From Camelus ferus (lineage: Eukaryota): a DNA stretch of 64,000 bases. Location of the stretch: contig NC_045697.1 of the NCBI RefSeq assembly GCF_009834535.1, positions 100,628,001 to 100,692,000 on the forward strand, given 5' to 3'. The notes below the pieces were generated by a model, which was not told where the DNA came from, made no database searches, and saw only the letters and a program-made list of their open reading frames with translations. Positions 40,760-50,559 of this stretch are shown one piece after another (position 1 is the first letter of the stretch; each line of letters starts with the position of its first letter). The position numbers were made by a program, and so were the translations under genes.

Positions 40760-42900
40760 TCAGTTGGAGAATATTTCAATGTTTTTTTTGTTTTAAGAAT
40801 TTATGTTGAATTTTGTCAAATATTTTTTCCATCTACAAAGGCAACTGTATGACTTTTCTCTTTTAATCTGTTAGTGTAGTGAATACACTAATAAACTTCC
40901 TGATGTTGACCATCTTTTCAAGAATAAACCTACCTATTCAATTTTATTCTGTTAACATTCTGCTCGGTGAAATTTGTTAAAATTATATTTTGGAAACTAG
41001 CATCTATGTTTATATAAGAGATTACTATAAAATTTTCGTTCCATATCATTAGATAGTTTTGATATCAGATTTTGGTGCCCATGAATTAGAATAATCCTGT
41101 ATTATCATAAGGATTTGTAAATTCTCTGAATGTCTGGTAAAAACCTTCATAAAGAAATCAAAAATGCATGTATTTTGACTAATATTTAATTAGGTTTTCA
41201 TCATCCTCGTGAATCCATTTTGATAACTTTCTTAGAAAGTCAACGTTCAAATTGACTTTCATGCACATATAAATTTATAAAAATTATACTAATAGTGGCC
41301 CCTTTTGCATTTTAATATATATATAATTTGGCACTTTCTTTCCTTTTTAGTTTTGATCAGATTTGTTTTTCAAAGATCCATCTCTTAGTTTCACTAATTT
41401 CCTTTTTCTGACTTTATTAACTTCTGTTTTTATCTTTAGTAAAACTTTATTCTATTTTATTTTTTAAAGATTATTTTATAGATTCTTGAGGTTAATGCAT
41501 AACAAAATATTTCAATCTAATTATTTTCTATGAAAGTCTATAAAATTCTCTATGACTATGCTCTTGCCATAATATGTTTTTTAATAGTGTTATTTTTAAG
41601 TTGATTTTTCTCTTTTATACCAGCATTATTTAAAAGGATAATTTTACACTTACAAGTGGATAGATTTTTTTAATTTTTATTATTAATATTTAATTCAATA
41701 TTAATTGATATTACTTTAATTCAATATTGTTTAAGTCAATAATCCAATAATATTGATATTAATTTGGGACTACAAAATATGGCAGGTGTGATTTCAGATT
41801 TTTGTAACTTTCTGAGATGTTATTTTAGTTTTAGCACATAGACATTTTAGATCTATGTTATAAACAACCTTTTGTGAATATTCTGTGTGTTTATTTTCTA
41901 TGTGCCATTTTCTGTAGGGTAGAATGTTTTTATCTATCTATAGCTAACCTAATATACATATGTGCTACACAAAACATTGTTCATTGTGCTTTAAAATTTA
42001 ACACAGGCAGTGGTGTGATGGCGTCACCTCTAATTGGCTTATGAGAGCCAGTGGTTAAATATTCCTGCATTTTGTGAACTAGTTGTTAAACCATGGTGGC
42101 TTGAAATCAGTATGGTGGGGTATTTACTTGACAGAAATTGGCAAATGCTACAAGACAATGTTGTTGTGCTGTTGTTTTTTGAGAAGCAGCTAACTTGCAT
42201 ACCCAGAACACAGCCCTACTCATTTTTGCTTATGTTTAAATCTGTGAGCAATGTTTAAAAATCTTTAATAACTTCTTGTTTTTTTCTATTAGATTCTTCT
42301 CTATATATTTGGAAGCTATATGGTTAGAAGCATAAAGGTTCATGGTTGTCATGTTCTCTTGTAGGTTGTAACTTTTATCCATGTGCATTATCCTTATATT
42401 GCTTAGAATTTTAATTGAACTTTTCTCAAATTCTAATTATCTGGTATTATTATTCCTATACTCATATTCACTTAGTGTGCCTTTTTTTGTACTTTCATTT
42501 TCAAGCTTTTTTTTACCATTTTATTTTTTGTTCCATTTTTTATAAATGGTATATTTAAAAATCTGTCTTTTGGCCTCTCTATTTTTAAAACCCAATCTAA
42601 GTGTTTTTCAGTAAGCAAATATAGTTTTTATCACAGTCTTTGCACGTGTGGCTGAATGTACTTGCGTGTTTAGATTTACTACTGCTATATTACTTTTTAA
42701 TGTGTGCTTTTTACTGTGATTTCTGTAATTTTCTTCTTTTATACCTACCACTGCCTTCTGTTTTCTGCTTAAGTTTTCTTTGCCACATTTTATTTTATAT
42801 TTTGGTTTGGAAATTATGATATATCTAGGTTGTTTTCTTTCCTGTCATGAACTTTTCTCTTGATTTGTCCAGTTAATCATCATGAATGTCACATATTCAT
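40760..42900 (-). mobile_element. Old antisense L1 (L1ME-like) remnant
   Basis: gttgaattttgtcaaat..tagcatctatgttt..very T-rich degenerate ORF2 antisense. Confidence 0.6.
42008..42215 (+). mobile_element. MER63-like hAT-Blackjack element nested in L1
   Basis: cagtggtgtgatgg..gagagccag..ttgttaaa..cttgaaatcag..gaaattggcaaatgctaca. Confidence 0.7.
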
Positions 42901-45274
42901 CAAATGAAATAACAATCTTGGCATGAGTTTACTTCCTCTTCTTCTTTTCCCAGAACATTTCCCACATAGAGTCCCCACCTGTGACCATCCTTCCACATTG
43001 CTATTTAGAAAAGGACATACTAGGTCAGGAGTTGCCTGGTGTTGAGGTTGGGAATAAGGTGACTGTAAAGGGAAGTGAGAGAAATTTTTGTGATTGTAGG
43101 TATGTTTTCTGTCACTCCATCATGTTTTGACAACTGTCAAAATTCTGCATATCATACCTAAAATGTGTATATTTTATTACCTTGAAATTATACCTCCATA
43201 AAATTGATTTTAGAAGTGCAGTGGGGAATGTCAAAAAGAACCAGAAATCATTAGCAAGATGTAGAGAAGGCCCATTAAAGGTTGCATCTCAAAAAAGTAT
43301 AATGGCACATTTTTTCCAGTAATATTTTGTAGCTTGGAATTTGAAATTGGCAAAATAAAAGTAGCAGGAAGATGAAATGTGGAGGAAACTTCAGTCCCTT
43401 AGCTATTTAGGATGGTATTGCAGTGGCCACCTGGGACGCCTGCTGGAGGGAGAGGCAAGTACAGGTAAGAAGCTGATAATTGTGAGAATGAGGACCATAT
43501 AGTTGTAAACAAATGAAGAATAAAATCCAACAAACGTGTAATGTGTGTTTGTTATGTACCTCATATACTTTTATGCTTTGGAGGTACAGCAATAAATAAG
43601 ATAAATAAGGTTTCTAACCAGAAGAATCTCACATTTTTGCAAAACAAATAAATGAATGAGAAAAACAACAGACTTAAAAAATGTTATCATTAGTTATTTA
43701 TACCCAAGTATAAATATTACATATTTTATGCTCCATAGTTTTTTATATCCCACATCTTTCTTTTTTCTTGGGTAAGTTTTCATTTTCCTGGAATGCATTT
43801 TCACATTATTTCACATTCTGTGGATCTTAAATTTGCTAAGGTCTAGTCTGTTCTTTGTCCTCTCTCTCAAATACTAATAGCTTTCCAGGTTCAACCTCAT
43901 TTTCCCTTAAGACTTTGAGGATTAGTTCTGTTGTCTTATAAGTAAGTACCATGATCAGATTCATTCTGATTCTTATCCTTATTAATTTGTTTTTACTCCA
44001 TGGGTGCTAGCTAATAGCCTGTTTTTCTTTATCTTAGCATTAGGAAATTTCATTTTAAATTATCATATTTTCATTTTATTTTTGTTATGCCCTTTCAGTA
44101 TGACAAAGTGGGGTTTTTTTCCAACTTTGTGAAATTTTCTTTTATCATTTTTGTGATTATTTTTTCCTGCTCTTTTTGCTCTTTCTGGAGTTCCTTTTTG
44201 ATACTATGTTGGAATTTCTATCCCTATCTCATAATTTCCAACTCTTTGTCCTTTTGTACTATGGTTTGGGAGAATTTCTTCACTTTCACCAATGTTTTTG
44301 AATGAAGTGTTTTTGGAAACTAAGCTAGAGGAACAGATCTCTTGACTATTCCTGGACATTAGGTTCAGTATCCTATCTGGACTGCTCTGAGGAAGCTATT
44401 CATTATCCCTGCCCTAGAGAATTGTACCAGTTAGCCTTTTTCAAAAACACACAAAATACTTTGCAACAACATTCACACCAAATGGTTTAAAATAAAAGCA
44501 TGTGAACATATTGTTACATAGAACTGAGATCCAAGGGTGGTAAGAGCATCAACTATATATGCTGTCTAGCTACATATATGCATCATCCTTGTCTATCTTA
44601 GATGATAAACTACCTCAGGTGTTTCTGTATTTGTTTTTGGTAAATACCAGCTGTTTAATGAATACCTTTTGAGTTGTCATGGTAACTAAGATATCCAAAC
44701 TTTATCTCTGCCTTTGTCCTTGGCAGTATAGATATTTAAATGGTTATGATTTGCTTTGGATTAATTTCAATGTAGTTAGGCAATTTGTCTTATTTTAAGT
44801 ATTCCCAAGAACTTTAAAGTATTTTATTTAAAATATATATGTACATAATGTATAGACCTTATATGAAATAGTATTTTTTAAATACTAAGACACATCTTAT
44901 CTAGTCATTGAATTTTTGTTTTGATAAACCATTGAGATTTACAGGCCCTAATAACATGTTGTGTGGTCTTATAAGAGAATTTTATACCAACTTAAGATCT
45001 TATTTTTGTATGCATTAATTTTTTAAAATCACAGTAGTAACCCATGGTAACATAGTTCATATTGGATTTTTTTTAGCCTTAATATTGAACCCAGATTGTG
45101 TTTCATGAAATTTCTTATTTTAAAATTCCATATTATGGGTGTCAGTTGAAAACAGCTTGAAAACAATTACTGAAAAATTGACGGTACACTTAAATGACAG
45201 GATGATTTAAGACATTAAAGATACCACTTTCTCAGCTGTTCGAACTGGGACTGATTAAGGGTTCCATAGGTATC

Positions 45275-45493
45275 CAGGGTTGGCAAACTGTAGCCTATGG
45301 TCAAATCCATCAACTGTCTGTTTTGATACATAAAGTTGTATTGGAATATGGCCATACCCATTCATTCACGCATTGTCTGTGGCCGTTTACACGTTATAAT
45401 GGTAGAGTTAAGTAGCTGTAACAGAGACTGCAAGACTTAAAGAGCCTGAAATTTATTATCTGGCCCTTTACGGAAGATGTTTACTGATCCCTG
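45275..45493. mobile_element. MER58A-like hAT-Charlie MITE
   Basis: cagggttggcaaact..ataaagttgtattggaa..tatctggccctttacggaa..tgatccctg with inverted termini. Confidence 0.8.
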
Positions 45494-46237
45494 CTTTATA
45501 CGATGGTGATAGTTCTGTCCGCTCTTACCAACAACTACTTTCACTCTGTCATCAATGACTCACTTTTCCCTGAATACACACTACATGTGTTTGTGTATGC
45601 CCTTGCTCAGGCTCTTTCCTCCACCTAGAATGTTGTTTCTTTCCTTACTCTTGTGTCTAAAATCTATCCATTTTTCAAAGTATGATTCCAATAACACTTC
45701 CTTTATGAAGTCCTATAGTAAAAAAAGAAAATTGAATTTTCTGGATACCTCTCCCTTACACTTCCTTACACAGACTCTGAAATCCTTTGCCTCTCTTGAT
45801 TGTGCTTGCTTGGCAACACAACTATGATTCTCTACCTGTTCCAGGTCTACCTGTTCTTTGTCCATAGTAATGTGGCCAGAGGAAACACACACAAACATGT
45901 TGACAGATCTTACTTTCTGACCGTTCATGCCCATGAACTTCCTACAGGCCAGGCTCTTCTAAAATACTTCCATCTGTTCACTCTCCTACGTACCTCATAC
46001 CTCGATGGCTATTTCACATATTCTCCTGTCTTCCACCTGTAACACCTCCTCCCCAGTCTCATTCTCTGCTGATGACCTTTTTGTCCTGATCGACTGAGAA
46101 AATCAGAGCAATGTCAAGAACATACACCAGGACATCTGTCTACCTCTCAGCCCTTATATCTGTCCTTACACTCAGCCTTCCTTCTCATGACAATAGATGA
46201 TAAATTTCCACCCCACTTGAGCATGAAATCCTCTTGG

Positions 46238-47438
46238 TGTTCTGAGCACTCAGTTTCAGTGTGCAGGGCTGGAGTTCCCCCATCAACAGCAAGCAATTCT
46301 CAGACACCAGCAGGCTTTCCAAAAATTCAACTCAATTCTTTTTTTTTTTTTAAGTACCATATTTTTATTGAAGTTATTGATACATTTTTACTTACTAATG
46401 TGCTTCAATGCCTTAACTTTTATTTTTTATTTTTTTTATAAACAATTTTTTAAAATTTTTTTTTAGGCAAATCTTTTTTTTTGAGTTATAGTCATTTTAT
46501 AATGTTGTGTCAAATTCCAGTGTAGAGCACAATTTTTCAGTTACACATGAACATACATGCATTCATTGTCACATTCTCTTTTGCTGTGAGCCACCACAAG
46601 ATCCTGTATATATTTCTCTGTGCTACACAGTACAATCTTGTTTATCTTTTCTACATTTTGAAATCCCAGTCTGTCCCTTCCCATCCCTTGTCCCCCTAGC
46701 AAACACAAGTTTATATTCTGTGTCTATGAATCTGCTTCTGTTTTGTATTTTTTTTTTAGATTCCACATATGAGCGATCTCATATGGTGTTTTTCTTTCTC
46801 TTTCTAGCTTACCAACTCAATTCTGACACTATCTAACCAGAGAGTCAAGTTCCATAGGTTGAGAGCTCAGTCCTCCCCCACCTCTTACCTTCAGCTGCCA
46901 GTCAAAAGTCCAGGTTGTTACCTGTACTTCAGACCAACTGGCTATGAATCAGAGGTTCCAACATCCCCCGTTTATTGATTTATTATAAAAGCTATTACTC
47001 AGCCAGATGGAAGAGATGTATAAGGCAAGATATGAGGCAGGGGGTGCAGAACATCCATGCCCTCTCCAGGCACACCACTCTCCCACACTTCCACATGTTC
47101 CCCAAACCTGGACGCTCTCCGAACTCTGACCTTCTAGGGGCATGATGGATTAAATCATTGATCATTGGTGATTTTTTGAACTCAACCTCCAATTCCTCTT
47201 TCCTCCCTTGAGGTGAGGGGCACAGGTTGGACTGAACATTTCAACCCTTTAATACATGGTTGTTTCTCCTAGAACCAGTCCCCATCCTTGGGTGAGGTCC
47301 AAAAGTCACCTCATTAACATAATAACAGACACCTGTATCGCTGTCATAACTTAGGGAATTCCAAGAGTTTTAGGAGCCAAGTGCCAGCAATGAAGATGAA
47401 GACCAAATACATACTTTATTATAAATCATAATATCACA
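46238..47438 (-). mobile_element. MER21-like ERV LTR, interrupted by an L1 insertion
   Basis: caattctcagacaccagc..caactcaattct[L1]gacactatct..gctcagtcct..; ends ttattataaatcataatatcaca (reverse complement TGTGATATTATGATTTATAATAA). The left boundary is approximate. Confidence 0.7.
46340..46812 (-). mobile_element. Young 5'-truncated L1 with extra 3' sequence, flanked by a perfect 12-bp TSD
   Basis: TSD CAACTCAATTCT at 46328-39 and 46813-24; 46473-46812 is the reverse complement of the 23333 L1 family; poly(T) at 46339-51. Confidence 0.9.
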
Positions 47439-47479
47439 GATACCATCACTAAATATGGCTTTGGAATCTAACCAGTTCA

Positions 47480-47690
47480 AGAACATAGTGTAGTGGGAAG
47501 GGCTTGGACTTTAATCAGACAGGCCTGGTCTCACGTCCTGGCTGTCTTATCCTCACTGTGGGGCCTGGGCAGCTCACCAAATGCTGCTAACCCTTGGCCA
47601 TAGGATTGTTCTGAGCATTAAATGTGAAACATGTTAAGTGACTGATAGAGTCCCCGTGGAAAAGTAAGTGCTCAAAACATATTAAATCCC
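47480..47690 (+). mobile_element. MIR SINE just upstream of IL15 exon 3
   Basis: atagtgtagtgg..atcagacaggcctgg..taggattgttctgagcattaaatg..gtaagtgctcaa. Confidence 0.65.
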
Positions 47691-47756
47691 TCTCTTTCCC
47701 CTCACTAGTCCACTTGTGTTTTTAACGGATCATCTTTACTCTGGATTGTATTGTAG

Positions 47757-47843
47757 GAAGTACTCTGGATGGATGGCTGCTGGAAACCCATTGCCCTAGC
47801 CAGCTCTTCTTCAATACTTAAGGAGTTACCCTGCCATTGAGTA
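47757..47843 (+). other. IL15: IL15 exon 3, 5'UTR portion
   Basis: Acceptor ttgtag|GAAG at 47755-56. GGATGGATGGCTGCTGGAAACCC..GCCAGCTCTTCTTCAATACTTAAGGA resembles the recalled IL15 leader. The exact acceptor is inferred. Confidence 0.8.
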
Positions 47844-47855
47844 ATGAGAATTTCG
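47844..47855 (+). CDS. IL15: Interleukin-15 coding exon 1 (gene exon 3): MRIS
   Basis: gagtaATG AGA ATT TCG|gtaaga; 12 nt, phase 0, matching the IL15 long signal peptide start. Confidence 0.95.
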
Positions 47856-48871
47856 GTAAGAAAAAATTAGATGAAGATGGTATGTGGACTTTTCTTAAAA
47901 GGTCCCTTGTATCTCAGAGATTTTGCAACAAGTTAGGAGGCTCTTCTCTGAAGCTCTTGAAATGTCACAGATGTCAGTTCACCTGTGGATTGTTCTTATT
48001 TTGAAAATAAATAAAATAGGTTTTTAAAGTCTCTTAACACCCTGCTGTGCTCTTCATGTTCTGGTAGATGTATTATTTCACGTATCTCATCCTATTTTGT
48101 TGTTTAAATGCTTATTTACTCAGTAGGTTGTGTAGTCTCTGAAGACGAGGCCTGGGTATGTGTGATTCATCCATTCAGTGTAGACTTCATGAGTCACAGG
48201 TTCTTAGTGGTTAAGTGGTTAAATCCATGGTGCTCTCTCAAACTATAAAGGCCTTGACAGCTTGAAAGAGGCAGGCAGAAGTATCGAAACTCTGGGAAGG
48301 GCTAAGATAAGTGACTTTCCTAAATCACTCAGAAAAATTATTATATATTGGCTTTTAGGATGGCATAGAGTCTTTAGTTCGTTCCATTTCTATCCAGTTT
48401 TTCTTTAAATTATATTAATATATAATTTTCATATCGTTGCATGAAATTACTAGATAACTAGTACACCTGTATTAGTAATTCATGTTATTAATCTGTGCTG
48501 TATGAAATAGTTTGGACAATTAAAAAGGAAAGAAGGATGAGAAGGAGGTTAAGGATGATAGGAGCAAATTAAGTGATGATATCAGCATATATGTAAATTA
48601 GTAAATATGTATATTTTCTTTAAATTATTGTCATTGAAATGCATCTGGAGAAATATGTTTTAAAGAATTTTGCACATAAGAGACAGAGCTGAAGGTGTGG
48701 AAGAAAGGAAAAAAGATACTCTAATTTCATTAATTCTGATAAGGAATATTCATTCTGAAACTATGATACATTTACATTTTGGAACCTAAACAATATGATA
48801 AAGTCTTATTTTAAATCTCATTTTTTTAACTAAAAAAATGTAACCACTTTGTCTGTGATTATATTTTTCAG

Positions 48872-48969
48872 AAACCGTATTTGAGAAGTTCTTCTATCCA
48901 TTGCTACTTGTGTTTACTTCTGAACAGTCATTTTTTAACTGAGGCTGGCATTCATGTCTTCATTTTGGG
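48872..48969 (+). CDS. IL15: Interleukin-15 coding exon 2 (exon 4): [32 protein letters not shown](G)
   Basis: tttttcag|AAACCG...ATTTTGGG|gtaatt; 98 nt; translation is the IL15 long signal peptide. Confidence 0.97.
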
Positions 48970-49458
48970 GTAATTTTATCTTTCAGCATAAGTAACATCA
49001 TGTTCATGGCCATGATCATTGTTCTTCAATATCTTCTCTGCTAAATTTGTTTATGTTCCATTTGCTTAAATCCTTAGGTACTCAGTATTTGGGGTGTGAG
49101 AGGGGTCAGATTATGGGGACCCAGGGGAGGTTGAGTAAACATCACACAGAGCATTTCTATATTCTTGTAATATTCCAAATGAGTGTTATATCCTGCAAAT
49201 ACATTAGACCTCTTGGTATATAACTGAACTTGAAAGTACACTCTGTTACATCCTGTAGGATTTTCACAGCAGTAAAACAATAGGTCTTTAGGGCTCAACC
49301 ACATTCCTTTTTTATCTGTTCCTGACACTGACTTCTGTCCTCTGAGCCCGATCCTAGTTCAGTTTAAAACATGTCCTTCGTTCTTTGGACCTTTTGTCTT
49401 TCCTCTTAATAAACATTCGTATTTTTCCATGCCTGTTAACTTTTTTCTTCTCTGTTAG

Positions 49459-49582
49459 ATGCAACTAATACACTGCGCTCAGTGGGCCCAAAGCACCCAA
49501 CCTGTAGTTATGTAGTCTCACTCTCAGTTCTGTTTTACTCTGCTAATGCCTTCGTGCTGTGGAAAGCCAGAGACTTGTGCAG
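49459..49582 (+). pseudogene. IL15: Decayed homologue of alternative exon 4A (short-signal-peptide exon) of IL15
   Basis: Acceptor tctgttag|ATGCAACTAATA is intact. The 3' end GTG CTG TGG AAA GCC AGA GAC TTG TGC AG aligns to the recalled human MVLGTIDLC(S) segment, but the start is GTG (49554) and the donor position reads GG (49583-84). Confidence 0.72.
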
Positions 49583-50282
49583 GGAAACCCTCCTAGCGAG
49601 GAAGATCAGCGTTGGCTCTCGTGCTTCTGTACGGGATCTGCCAGGAAGGGACTGTTTTTCCTGAAGCTCTAAAAATTATTCCACTGACACTTGGTCAGTG
49701 TAAGTGTCTTTTGTTCGGATACTAACTTTCTGTTTTACCAAGATGAGTAAGTTGTATGATCTAGTTACAGGGCTAGATTAGGCTCAAGTCCGTAATATTT
49801 ATGGGGAAAGCACTACCGGGAGCCTGGAAGCGGCATATTGAACCGACTGTAAAGAGCATTTATTGTCAGAATCATTACATAAGAAAGATTATTGCTTATT
49901 TTGAGGTTATTACCCATTCATTAGACTTAAAAGTCTGATGGGAATTGTACTTAAAGGAGTAATTTGTGCAAAAACATTTACTAAGTACTGCCACACTCTC
50001 AGCACTGTTTTTATCTCACTGTGATAAACTGCACCAGGTTATGTAGAAGTGATCCCTCCAAATTAGGCCTTTCTCTAATCCGGGTTGGTCGTGAGGCTGG
50101 CCTGCCGCATCAAAGCTGTCCGGCGTGTTCGGTGTTCATCCTCACCTACAAGGCTGTTGAGTGCACACAGGGGAGGACGGTGCTCGTTTTATCACTTGTC
50201 AGAATAAAAAAAGTCTCCTGTGTATTCATCAGGACAGTATTGTGTTCATTCACGATGCTCTGCTCTTTGATTTCTCTTTCAG

Positions 50283-50367
50283 CTGTATCAGTGCGGGTCT
50301 TCCTAAAACAGAAGCAAACTGGCAGTATGTAATAAGTGATCTGAAAAGAATCGAAAATCTTATTCAA
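50283..50367 (+). CDS. IL15: Interleukin-15 coding exon 3 (exon 5): CISAGLPKTEA|NWQYVISDLKRIENLIQ
   Basis: tctctttcag|CTGTATC...ATTCAA|gtgagt; 85 nt; contains the signal cleavage site TEA/NW and helix A. Confidence 0.98.
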
Positions 50368-50559
50368 GTGAGTACTCATTTTTCCATAAAATATCTGGTG
50401 TAATTGCTATGGAGTATGTGCCTCCCCGTATCTTGCCGTCAGTCTTAGTGAAGTCTCCCTTGGAACAATAATCTTTTTGTAGAATCTGTGAGCCTCAAAT
50501 GAAATCTTTTACTTAGAATTTTCAGATCGTAATTATCTTTAAAACTCAATTTATGAGTG

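Noticed and set aside
41680..41770. AT-only quasi-palindromic tract (tttaattcaatatt twice)
   Set aside because: Low-complexity slippage inside an old L1.
50161..50282. In-frame open extension upstream of exon 5 (ORF 50161-50403) as an alternative leader
   Set aside because: Starts at GTG right after a stop; the nearby ATG (50255) is out of frame; about 40 open codons can occur by chance.
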